From assembly GCF_036321535.1 (NCBI RefSeq), contig NC_087437.1:55120001-55184000 (forward strand): a DNA stretch of 64,000 nucleotides, in the 5' to 3' direction. This document shows positions 25,471 to 37,329 of the stretch, piece after piece. Positions within the stretch are counted from its first letter, which is position 1. Every line of letters starts with the position of its first letter. The notes beneath the pieces are model-generated. The model was not told the DNA's origin. It did not search any database and saw nothing but the letters and a program-made list of their open reading frames with translations. The stretch is from Camelus dromedarius. Taxonomy: Eukaryota. Made by a program: the position numbers and the translations under genes.

Positions 25471-26059
25471 CAATGCCTGGGAGAAGAGAACCCAGCATAT
25501 AGTCAGGGGTCCTGAGTTTCAGACCCAACTCTAGCACCAAATAATTCTTCGTCTCTGCCTGCTTGGACCCTGATTTTCTTGTGTGTAAATTGACAATGAG
25601 CCCAGCTTCTCTGGGTTGCTATAAGGATAAAATCATACACTGATGTACCAACTGTAAAATAGTACAGAGTAAATTCTTATTATTGAAGAGTATGTGCAAA
25701 GAATGCCTGAGTAAGATTCTATAAATACAATGTAGTGGTGCGTTATTAATTTTCCTTTCTATAAACCCATGACTCCTGCCACTAATTTATCACAATAAAA
25801 TGATTCTTATTCATACTCTGGATAATAAGAGGAATCACAATCACGTGTTCTGGTGGAATGACTCCTTTAGTCAAGTAAATCTCCAGATGCTTAAAGAAGA
25901 GTTTTCCCTCTGGCTCTCTGAGCTGGCTGGCCGGATCTGTCTAACAGTCACTTGGAAGACGTTCATTGGCTGGTTTAGCCTTTGGGGGTGGGCTCTCAAC
26001 TGAAGCATAGGCAGGAAGTGATTTCACTCAGCTGTGTGAGAAGCGCAGTTCAGGTAAAC

Positions 26060-26480
26060 CAAAATTTACTGAAAGCTTCTTTCACGAGGAATTGTGTTGA
26101 TGAAGGACTATGAGGATGATCAGAGATGAATGTGACCTTCACCCTGCCAATTAGGGGCTCGCTCTGGTGAAAGGAGCAGATACACACACACAGTGTAACT
26201 AGAGATGATCAGTGATCAGTTCTAAAATGGAAGCAAAGTTTTACACAGTGGGAAATTCAAGAAATGTTAATTCCGCATTGAGGGTATCTGGGACATAGAC
26301 GTGGGGAAGTTTCAGTTTAAACATTCTAGAAAATTTACTAGAACATCCGCAGAGTGGAAAGAGGAGGGACCTGCCTGTGCAAAGGCCCAGGGGCAGGAGG
26401 ACTCTGTGAGTAGCTAGGGAAAACAGGGCCTGAAATGTGGTGGAAGAGAGTATTGGAGAAGTGGTCTGCAGCATGGGGAG
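26060..26480 (-). mobile_element. L2 fragment
   Basis: CCTGCCTGTGCAAAGGCCCAGGGGCAGG and upstream antisense L2 3' motifs. Confidence 0.55.
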
Positions 26481-27124
26481 GCAAGTGTGGAGGACCCTCG
26501 AGGCCCGGCTGTGGTTCGTTTCTATTTTCACAGACACCAGCGCCTTGGGAGGTGTCAAAGTAGAACTGATCAGAGTGCAGCTTTTGTGAGATAAGTGAAT
26601 CCACCATAAGCAAATGCAGAGACCGTAATTTCCTTTCATGCTCCAGAGTAGGGTGGTTTTGGGGGGCAAGGCTGAGCAAAGTCTTCTGGAATAGGTCTGC
26701 TGGCCCCTCCCAGAAACCACTCCCGACCTTCTCCTGTAAATACTAAATTACCTGTGCATTTCCCCAATTATCTAATCAGTGAAATCAAGTCAATCACTGT
26801 TAATTCTAACTTTAATAAACATTCTTCAGTTTACACTATAGGATGTGCTTCCTCAAACCATAAATAACTGCGTGATGCATGTGAACTTTGCAAAGGAGGT
26901 TTCGGTGGGGGAAAAATAACACTCGATTAGCAAGCTTGTCAGAAGCTGAGTCATTATCAATGACAGGAAAGCACATTTGCAATAGTTAAAAAAACAACTA
27001 AGTAGAATGTATTTTTTCTAGAAAGCCATTCCATAGTAATAAGAGGGAAAAAGCCTATGTATCACATATCAGAACAAAGCAGAACGGTCCCCTGTGGGTT
27101 AATACCCACAACCATGGGATGCGC

Positions 27125-27350
27125 TACAGCAAGGTGGTGAGTGCGATGCTTCGAGCGTCAGACTCCCTGCGTTGAGCCCTGATTCTGCCCCTGTGAGTTA
27201 CCTGGCCCCAGGTGCGTGCTTATCTCACTGAGCCTCAGCTCACTCATCCATCACATGAGGATGAAAACAGTTGTGAAGTCATATAAGTAAGGCTTCTAGC
27301 ATGGGGCCTTCTGGGTCATAAGTGCGATATAAACATCAGTTACTATTATT
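27125..27350 (+). mobile_element. MIR SINE, near full length
   Basis: GTCAGACT..CTG.GTTGA..CCTGATTCTGCC...CTGAGCCTCAG..CTCATC...GTTACTATTATT. Confidence 0.75.
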
Positions 27351-27399
27351 GTTGTTGTTATTGCTTCTTTTCTCTGGCCCTTTCAGGAAGGAAGGAAAC

Positions 27400-27605
27400 C
27401 CATGTGTTTGGGGACTTACTCTGTGACAGACACTTTCACAGTTATTATCTCATTTAATTTAATATTGATGACTCTTTTCCTTGGTTATCATTATTAACTA
27501 CATTACATCGATAAGGAAATCGTGAGAAGTTAGGTCCCGTGTTGGAGTCACCTAGCCGAAGTGGCTCACGGAGACTGGGACCCAGGACGATCTGGCTCCA
27601 AGTTC
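27400..27605 (-). mobile_element. MIR SINE (inverted relative to neighbour)
   Basis: ACTTACTCTGTGACAGACACT..TTATCTCATTTAAT...GATAAGGAAA...GTCACCTAGC. Confidence 0.6.
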
Positions 27606-29329
27606 CCATCCGTCAGAATGAACTCCCTTTATTTGAGAATGGTCCAGGCAAGGCGGGCTGATCCAGTTTTCTTTGATCAGCTTGACTGTGCTTCGTTGTG
27701 GATTATACCAATGGTGGGAACGAGTCTGCTTTCTTTCCTGTCTTATTGCTCTAACTTAAGCAGAGTGAGCAGCTCTCACAGACCGGAGGTGCTGAGCAGT
27801 CTGGTGGTCCTTGGACATGTCAGTTTCATTGTAGACAGAGGCGGAGAGAAGGCAGCTGGAATAGGGAGGTCACTGTGTGGTCCTCAGAGAAAATGGAGCA
27901 GCAACTGAGGTCAAAGAAAATCCACCAACAGGCTTAATCAGTGCTTGATTATGATCTCTGATGTGTGGAGCGCCCAAGAGCACAAAGTCCTTCGCCATAT
28001 GCATATATCACCTAGTCCTCAGGACAGCTTGAGGACACTCAGCAGGGAAACCAAGTGGCCAGCGAGTGGCAAGGTAGGTTTTGAACTTGGGCCTTTTCCC
28101 ATCCAAATTTGCTGCCTCCCATGGTAAGGAAAAGAATACCAACATCAAAGACAGAAATACTTTTGAAATTGAGACGAAAATAATGGGCAACACTTTGAGA
28201 GGTGAAGAGGGGTACTGCAGTCCTGCCCTAGGGTGGTGATGTCCTTGCTCCCATAGAAAGGCTCAAGCTGAACCCTCTGGGGCCTTAAAAAGAGCAAATG
28301 GCTTCTGCTGATCGTCAGCCACTAGGCAGGATCCCCATTTGCCCCCTAAGTAGTCAAGTTTTCCAGGATATCGAGTGTGGGCCAGGGTTCAAAGTCACTC
28401 GCCTCTGACAGCAGACCCCCTTCTCTCCCTGCGCTCCTTTGATTCAAGCAGGAAGTCATTCTAGGAATTTCTGATGCCGTGTCTTTGTCAGGAGTCATTT
28501 CAAAGCTTCCCTCCTGGCAGGTCTGTGAGGGGCGACTTCTGCAGCAGCAGGTCTCCTGAAGGAAGCAGCTGGTGGAGTGCTCATCCTGGCTTTGTTTTCT
28601 CTTTCAAGGAAAATCTCCTTGAGAGCTGAGTGTGTCTGCATCTGTCTGGCCTCACCCTCCCGGTGCCTGACCCTGGATGACTGGTGAGAAGCAATGTTCT
28701 CTCTGTCCACTGTCATGACGAACTAACCGTGGGGTCCCCCTCACCTTGGCAAATCCCTCCACACCAGTCTGACACTTGGCTGGGTTCCCTCCTTGTTTAA
28801 GTTTGAAAACACTTAGGGGTGTAATCTTTCTGTCAGTCAAGTTCAAATTTCTACTATGGGGAGAATTTTTTCTAGTTCTGTGTAGGGTTCTTGTTTATTT
28901 TTTTTTCTCCCAGGTTCCTCATTTCCTTGATCAGGACCCACGGCTCAGCATGGTCAGGGGGTACTTTGCTCTGGATACCTGGAGTGTGGGGTGGGAGAGA
29001 ATTAAGTCTGGGTGACCCCAGGCTACACGCACAGGTTGAAAGGGCAGAGCAGGAGGAGAAACTGTCAAAAACCTCTTCAAGTTTACAAAGGCGATTTTCC
29101 AGGATCTGAGAGCCATGCGTACAATTGTGCCAACAACTGAATGACAAGCAGGTGTCCTCTGTTGCTCTATTTCCAGCAAAGGAGGCAGAAAGAGGGTTCT
29201 AGCATCCTGGAAGACTGGGGTGGTTGTCTGAGGCTCAGGCTGAGCGGTGGTGCAGGGAAAATGGAAGGGCATGTCCCAGGCATTCTCATGTAAGACTCAC
29301 CAACTCCAGTACCCGCTCTGGGCAGCTGT

Positions 29330-29970
29330 TGCCTAAATCCACATCTTAGTCTGGATCTCACTTCTGCTGATCAGTTCCCACCGATGGCGCTTCAGCACCT
29401 CAAACACCAGATGTCGATATCAAACTCTTACTTCATTCCCAAACTCCTCCCCCTTTTGCTGTGTTTACCATCTCTGCTCACAGCTCTGTTCCCTTCAGCC
29501 GGTCTCCCAGGTAGAAACTTGAGGGTTCTTGATGGATGCTCCTTCCTCTGTCTTCTCACATCTAATTCCTTTCACTTATTCTGCAGCCCTGTCTTTGATC
29601 TTTTCATTCCTACCTAGAGCTGCCCTGCTCAGACCTCCATCACTTTCTTCCTGGACACTTTAGCTGCCTCCTAATGATCTCTTTCCAGTTTCTCTTTCCA
29701 CCAATCAATCCTTCAGAAAGTTTCGTGAGCCACTTTTTTAAGTTCCAGCTCTGATAATTTTATTTTTTTCCCTCAAGAACCATCAGTGGCCTTTCCTTGG
29801 TGTGTCATTTGTGGGGAACCCTGGTCTGCTCCTCAGGACCATTTCAGTCACTTCTGTCTGCACTTTTCCCCTTCCTTCCTTCCTTCTGGTCATGCTGTTC
29901 CATCCTCCGGGCATTCTCTTCTTCTAAATCTCTCTTTGTCTGACTCTTTTTTCAAGGTCCAGCTCTAATC
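29330..29970 (+). mobile_element. L2 fragment
   Basis: CAGCACCTCAAAC..ATGTC..ATCAAACTC...TGCCTCCTAA..TCTC...CTTTTTTCAAGGTCCAGCTC. Confidence 0.6.
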
Positions 29971-31640
29971 TGGAAGTGATGTTATGGTGATAAATAGGAT
30001 TTAGCAGAGAGTATCATTGGGGAAATGGGTGTGTGAGGATCTTGCAGCAGGAAGGGAAGATTCTTGCCAGTCCCTAAGGTCGGAATTGATTGCTCTGTCT
30101 CTTCTGTGCTCAGAGCCTCTGGCACCTGGGTGATCACGTGTATTGCCACCTGCTCTGTATTAGACAAAACTGCCCAGTTTTATGTCATCCACCAGACCGA
30201 GGATTCTGCTTGGATAAGGACTGTGTTCTACTCATTTCATTCAACAATTCATTGGTCCAACAAGTTTTCAGCACACCTGGTATTTAGGTACCAGAGGCAG
30301 AAGTAGGCACCAGATATACCACGGTGAGTGAGGTATCCCAGTGCCTCTCACAGAGATTCAGTCTCTGTATCTACAGGACTTGGCGGAGTACTGATCACAC
30401 AGTAGGGATTCAGGAAGAATATGGAACTGAGCATCCAGGAATACGTGCTTGTGTGATAACCAGAGCTTGGCTCCCCATTGAAACTACTTATTAAAAATGC
30501 CCCCCACCCCGCAACAGTCTCCACTCCTCTAGGTCTTTGTGGAGACAAGGGACCCGGAACGTCCTGCAGAGACCGCAGGGGCACATCCCCGGTCCTCAGC
30601 TCCAGTCTCCTGGAGGCACAGGCACAAACAGCCCCTTGGAGAGCAGACTGGCTGCCGGTTTCAAGTTGTTTGACCATGTTCTAGTCTGAGCTAATTTTGC
30701 AAGTCAAATTGCTTAAGAGTGAATATGAAATCTTTGACTGGAGCCCAAATATATAAATACCCATCACATTTCCTTCCTCCCCAATTTTGCAATCATCCAA
30801 AAAAGCTGTTCATGTTGTCCAGCGTAATTAGTTATTTATACACCCTCATGTGGTCCATTGTTCGGAATTAAATTGTCTGGTATACAGAGTTTCTCTTGCA
30901 AGGCTTGTTTTTGCCATTTTACTGCTTTTTGGAAGCTGTTTGTAAATATGTCCTTGTGGAACCCTTGGGGAGACTTCTGAGCACCTCAACGATTGTTGAG
31001 GGAATAAGCCAGTGCATGTAAGTAAACACGCCCTCCCGATGCCTCACACTGTCCTCTGTCTTTGAACACAAAAATCACCATGCATTATCCATCCTTTTCT
31101 TGAAGACCCAGGGGGAATTCGAATGAACACAAAAATAGTCCCAGAGAGGTAGACGCGGACATCATCATGGAAACCTAGTCACTAGATCCTAGTGACTCCA
31201 TTTTGCCCAAGAGGAAGCTAGTTCCCAGAAAGGAGAAGTGAAAGGGTCTGGCCCACAGCCTCTTGTGGGTTAGTGGTGCAGCCAGGCCCAGACCCTCTTC
31301 AGCTGACTCCCATGCTCTTTCTGCTAGACCACTGAGTGTGCTGTCGCAGGAGGGCCTCAGGTGGTCCTGGGCTGGTTATGCTTTGCCCCTGAACTGGGTG
31401 GACCTGGACTGCTATGCTCTGGGCTCTTGTGTCTGTGTTTTATAGCTCTTTTGTCTCCTCCCAAATGGCCTGGCAGCCAGTTATTACTGATGAGTGTTGC
31501 CCAACGCGAGGCAATTCTGCTTTCTCTTCTGTTCATGCTGTGGTCAGAGACTCCAGATGGCCCATCAATTTTATGTAAAATGAGGCTTGTTTCTGAGCGA
31601 GGGTCTGAAGGTCTCTGCTTCATGGGAGACACCCAGAAGG

Positions 31641-31795
31641 TTTATAACCCAGGATGTAGTCTATCTTGGTGAATGTGCCATGTGCACTTGAAAAGGATCT
31701 GCATTCTGCTCTTGTTGGGCAGAGTGTTCTATAAATGTCAATCAGAGCCAGTGGTTAATGGTATTGTTTTGGTCTTCCACAGCCTTGTTGGTTTC
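31641..31795 (-). pseudogene. Isolated L1 ORF2 endonuclease-domain fossil fragment
   Basis: Minus strand translates NKAVEDQNNTINH, then after a frameshift LIDIYRTLCPTRAECRSFSSAHGTFTKIDYILGYK, matching the L1 APE endonuclease C-terminal motif (DIYRTLHP...SKIDHILG). Confidence 0.9.
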
Positions 31796-32239
31796 CACCC
31801 ATGAATTTTAGTTTGTGAAGTTTGTAACATTATCATCGATAGTTCAGAAGTCTTTAAAATTTTCTTTCCATATGAGAGTATGAGAGCCTGGTTCTTAAAA
31901 TGGGACTTTCTGGCCAGCCAGGTGAGGGATCAAAAACTGGATGTTTCTGGAATGTTTGGCCAGACACTGTGATTTGAAGAATCCTGAAATCTACCTCCTA
32001 ACACACGTCTATTATCTGTCAGTACGCAAACCTACCACGACATGAACTTCCTATCTGAATCTCACTGGATTAAGATCTACTATTTTACCTGAGAAATATC
32101 ACATCAGCTAGACAACACCATAACTTTTAAAACTCATTATCTTCCTGTGTTATTATTCATAAAATCTCTAGATTTTCTACCATGATTACATATTAATATA
32201 AACCTAATTTATTAGATTTTAAATACACTTATTGCTTTA

Positions 32240-32570
32240 TATTTTTATTTTAAATTATTAAACATGTAATCATACAGAAAAGCTCTAACAGATGTCATGT
32301 ACTCACCATCAGAAAATGAACAGATGCTAACATTTTGCCATATTTGCTTCAGATCTCTTTTTTCTTAAAAGAAATTAAATGTAACACACATAGTTAAAGC
32401 CCCCACCTCCCGTTTCCTCTTCCTCCCTCCTCCTTTTCCTCCTGTTCTCTACCAAGGAAAACACTGTTTGAATTTGGTGGTTATCATTCCCATGAATGTT
32501 TTGGTACTTTGGCTCCAAATGAATGTATCCACAAACAATTTATGGCCAAGACGATTTCATGGTTATTTAT
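32240..32570 (-). mobile_element. Ancient L1M (L1ME-like) 3' UTR fragment
   Basis: CATGTACTCACCA...GCTAACATTTTGCCATATTTGCTTCAGAT...TGAATTTGGTG..TATCATTCCCATG. Confidence 0.65.
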
Positions 32571-33169
32571 TAGTTTTTATAATCAGAGGGAAAAAGACTC
32601 ATCTGTCATGTTCAGAAGCCCCGGGTCCATTTAAATCTCTATTCCTTCCAACTGGATTTTGCTTTAATCCTGGTTTTTATGCTCTTTTTCTGCAATCTTC
32701 CCACCCAGCCTCATTTCCTCCTAGCTAACATCTTGTCTGGCTTTTACCAGAAATGGTGACTTGGACCTTTGTTCCCATGATTTGACCTTTCTGAAGCTGT
32801 GATCTATCTGCCTTTGGCTTTGCCCACCTCAAATCCCTGTACTCTGGCCCCTGGTTAGGACAACTTACTAGCCTCTATACCTGGATACCTGGTTTCCTGG
32901 TCTATGAATGGAGGTAGCCATTGTTGCCAGACCTGACCTGTTTGCTCAGCATTCCAGCACCAGTAGGTGGATTCTGTTCCCAGCCTGCCTTTCCTGTTCT
33001 GCTTAGATCTTCCAGGATGGGAACCCAGCCCCTTGAGAGAACACGTCAGGGGAAAGCTGAGACTGGGAGGGTGAAGGCTGATGAGTATGGTGATGCTGAT
33101 TGATAGTAGCTAATATTCTTGAACAATATTATCAAAATGGTAAGACCTAAGGATGTGTTGTTCACAATC

Positions 33170-33510
33170 ATAATAGCTGCTGTTTACAGAGCACCTCCTA
33201 AACATCGAGTGCCATGCTAGGCACTTTTGATCTTATTTATTCTTAAAAACAACCTCATATTTTATTAGACGAGAAGTCTGAAGCACAGAGAAGCAGTGTA
33301 GACCATGCTAAAAATTAATGGGATTTAGAATAAGACAGACCTGGGTTCAAACTGACACTGCCTTGGACCAGTTTCTTAATTTGTCTGAGTTTGGCACAAG
33401 ATAGATGCCCAGCAATGAGGCTATTGTTCCTGGAGAAGATCTGGCTTCTTGCCTAAGGTTACCCAGCTAGAGTGTGGTAGAACTGAGATTCAAGCCCAGG
33501 TCTGCTTCTC
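33170..33510 (-). mobile_element. MIR containing a nested opposite-strand MIR (~33294-33431)
   Basis: Antisense MIR breaks after GAAGCACAGAGAAG and resumes at CTTGCCTAAGGTTACCCAGCTAG; insert carries AGACAGACCTGGGTTCAAA. Confidence 0.65.
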
Positions 33511-34739
33511 TCAAAGCTCCCCCTTTTTTTTTCAGGGAAAAAAATGAATGTTATATGTTATCATATGAACGTTACTTCATTAAAGGGGGTATCATGGAGT
33601 ATGGAAAGAGCACTTACCTTGCAATTTGAAGCTTTGGGTCCTGTTCTCCATCACAAATGAGCTTGGGCGACTTTGGACAATTCGTTTCCTCTCTTTTTTT
33701 CTTTGGTTTTCTCATTTATAACAGAAACGAGTTGAACCGGATAACCTCTAGGTTCTGTTTGTTCCACCTTTGGCCTTCTGTGCCTCTGATCAAGAAACAC
33801 AGCACCAAACTGCCATCCCAAGAGAGAGTGAGAAAGGCAAAGGCATTGATGTTTTAAAGAAGACGAAGATCAGAGAGCAGGCAAAGCGTCCATCAGCCAG
33901 ATGCTTGTCCCAAATCCTGAACAACTGAAACCAGTTGGATTTCTTTTCTGCTTCCCAGCTTGAGCTGGGGAGGGATCCAGGTCACAGAGGGTTTTAGAAG
34001 ACAATAAAACCAGAACAAAACCAGTTGTTCACACTCGTAACTTTCTTGGGTAACTTCTTTTCTTCTCTCTTTCTTTGATCCCTTCCTTCTCTTCTTTTTT
34101 TATTTTTTTTTTATAAAGAGAGGACTAAAAATGGAAGACGGCTAATTAAGGTAACTAAGTAAGAGATGGAGACTTATAGGAAGAATTTTATTTCTGCACC
34201 AGGTTTCTTCTTTTCCCTGTCCTCCTAGTTCTTTCTGATTCTATTTTCTAAAAATAGACAAATCTGAAAGATCATGAAACAAGTCCTGCTCACCTGCTCA
34301 GTGAAATTTTAAGTCTTCTCTGTCATCCTGGGGACACTTGTTTGCTGAAGCGAATGGTAGGAAAAACTTTAGAGAATCCTTTGATGGCCTTTGGACCACT
34401 TAGGTGGTCCATTTGGCCTCAGAATCAAGGGAACATTCATTTGCTCAGCAAGTCTTTATTCAGGTCCTACTGTGTGTCAGTCTCTGTGGCAGACATGGGA
34501 TAAATAAGAAAGTAAAGCCTCATACTCTCATCTCAAGGTAAAGAAAGAAACACAAAAGTAAATATACATTATGAAATCTGAGAGGTGCTATGAAGGAGTA
34601 TGAATCCACCCCAGTTCCTGCTGTTTTAGTTCTGACCCTGGAAAAACATTCCTCTGTTGTGTTTGCATTTCTGCTACCTGGGATTCTGCAGTCTGGCCAG
34701 GAATCATCATCCTGAGACTTTCCCCAGCACATCTTCCCT

Positions 34740-35235
34740 CCGTGTCATCACTGAGGCTCACAGGGCCCTCCTGGGCTCCCTGGGACTCTGCTACCTGGCC
34801 TCCAGCTTACCTCCCCAGCCCTTCTCGGCCAGGCCATGTTCTCTGAACGCTGGCCAGCTTGTGATTCTCCAAATATCTCCTTTCTATCCCTGCTTTGCAG
34901 TCTTTGCTTTTTCTGATCCCTTACCAGGAATGTCTTTTTCTCACCTCTTGTCCAAATCCTGCTCATTCATCCAGGTTGTGTTTATGCCTCTGTATCCTGG
35001 CTGCAGCCATTCCTGAACTCCTCTTTCTGCCTTGGGTAACTGCTTGTCCTTCCCTGATGCCTCATGGCATTTGGTTTATTGTGCTAATCAGAGCGCTTAT
35101 CACCCTCTGCCTGGTATTATATAGTTACACCCATCCTAGGCCTTATCTGCATATCCCCACTTTGAAGGCATGAATAGTATTTATCTCTGAATCTCAAAGA
35201 GGAAGCACAGTGAACACACAAGATTTATTGAATTG
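34740..35235 (+). mobile_element. L2 3' fragment
   Basis: CTTTGCAGTCTTTGC...CCAGGAATGTCTTTT...ATCCTGCTCATTCATCCAGG...ATTTATTGAATTG. Confidence 0.6.
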
Positions 35236-35254
35236 GCGCCCCATAATGAAGTTA

Positions 35255-35900
35255 ATAATAAAGCATGTGAACAGTCCTATATAGTTTTACAAAGAATGTT
35301 CCTGTATATTACCTAAGTTAATCCTCAGAACTACCCCGTGTGAGAGGAACTTTCCTAATCCCCGTTGACAGATAAGGAAATAATAATAGTCATTATTATT
35401 ACTGGGTGCTGACACTCTGCTAGGCATTCTGCTAGGGGCTTTCCATGTATTACATCATTCAACCCTCATCTAATTCCAATAGAAAAGACAGCCATCTGTA
35501 CTGAGCACTTGCTGTGTGCCAGGCGCTATTTCCAGCCCTTATCTATCAACTCATTTAATTCACACAACACTATAAGATAGGTACTTTTATTATGCTCATC
35601 TTATACATGAAGAAGTTGAGGCATGTGGCGGTTAAAACACTTACCCAGATCCCATAGCTGAATGTGGATTCCAAACTAGGCAGTGACCGTAGAGACACGC
35701 ACTCTCATAGGAGCAGTCCCTTCCTTTCCCAGCTCAGCACAGCAAGTACTGCTCTGCACAACCTCTATGAAGTACAGTCATGCCCATTTAATAGATGAAA
35801 ATACTGAGAACTAGAGAGACCAAACAACTTCTCAATATTGTACACCTGATCAAGGCAGAGCCCGGTCTTGTATATGCAAAGCTCATGTTCTTGAAATACT
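35255..35900 (-). mobile_element. Stack of about four same-orientation MIR pieces
   Basis: Repeated antisense MIR motifs: ACAGATAAGGAAA; TACTGAGCACTTGCTGTGTGCCAGGC; CCCATTTAATAGATGAAAATACTGAG. Confidence 0.7.
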
Positions 35901-37329
35901 CATCTATGTTACCAAAGATATGTGACAAGGGCCTGCCTAGGTCCAAGGAAATACAAAGTTCCTCGGCCATGTGAACGTTTTATGACTAACATTTCTGTGG
36001 GTCTGCTAAGCTCAGTGCATTGGGCTGGACTCTGTGTGTTGGGCAGGGTGGGGATTTACAAAGACTAAGATACAGTACCTTGCTTCTAAGAGCCAAATAA
36101 AAATGAAAATATCCTTCCCATCCATTCCCTGTCTCTTCTTTTTTTTCAGCACGGTACTTGTTGCTACTTCATTATCCATCCATCTGGTGGAGATCTTGAG
36201 GGCACAGGGCAGACATAGGCAAAGAGGTAAGTTCAGAGTGGTCAGCAAAGGTGAGGGGCTAGGATAAGTCCCAGAGATGAGGAGACTGGCTTTGTTTTTT
36301 GGAGTCAGAAGCAGTGAGTGGGCTTGGAGACGTCTGGCCCTAGAGAAGGCAGCAGCTGTTGGCGCTTAGTTTCATGAGAGGGACTAGGATGGAGGTGAAA
36401 ATATGGAAGCAGCGACCCAAGGTCATGGGGAGGGGAGGCCAGCGGCCAGCTGGACATACGCAGCTCACTTAGAGCAATCCTTCTCTATACCTAGGTGGAT
36501 CCTTGCTCCCTCTTGCAGACCACAGCATGAGTACTGGCCAAACGCAGGACAGTGGTGGGAGTTCTGGGTTTGGCTTCCAAGCTGGCCACTTATCCGCAGA
36601 TGATGGTGAGCAAGTCACTTCCCCCTGTTGACACTCCGTTTCTGCAGGGACTCTGGCAGATGGACACACGACTTTCTACTGGGCTTGTGTGGCTTGGATT
36701 AGGTCACGCTACTCATGCGAGCACTCCGCTCACTGTGAGCCGAAGGCGCGTGTGGGATGCTGAGGAAGACAAATCCAGGTTTTGCCTCCTCCAGAGTTCC
36801 TCACAATGCCGTTATGCTGACGGGAGGGCACATGGGGCTGACTCACACATAAATGACAGGAAAATGAGCATGGTTTTCACATTACCCAGGTTCCAGGCCT
36901 GGAACTATCAAACCTACCATTGAGAATCAGTAGGCACTAGCAAGTGTTCTGTGTGGGAGTGGGTTGGAGATGGGGTCAGGATTGGGAGGACTAGAAATAC
37001 AGGTGCCAAGGATCCATGCATGGAAATGAATGTCACTGAAGTGAACCCCGCTCAGGTTCCAACTTGGGAAGGGAAAGGGAGAGGCCATGAGAAGGACTCT
37101 CCCAACTCCGCACTGACTCATCACATCACGTGCCCCGCGGTACATCCCAGAGTCTCTCCCAGCCTCAGTTTCTCCGTCTGTAAAGCAAGATGCTGCTTTC
37201 CCACAGCTTGAGAAGGCCCAAGGCTCTTCCCACTCACGGGGAATTTTCCAAGGCTGGATGCGAGACAGGAAAGGCCCCACAATCTCTGTCCCAGGGCCCA
37301 GGCCTCCTAAACTGATTCCGGAACCACCT

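Noticed and set aside
27125..27605. Inverted MIR pair as a dsRNA/editing substrate
   Set aside because: The copies are too diverged for a long stable duplex
31177..31197. 9-bp stem hairpin AGTCACTAG-ATC-CTAGTGACT
   Set aside because: About one is expected by chance in 64 kb, and it lies in MIR-like sequence
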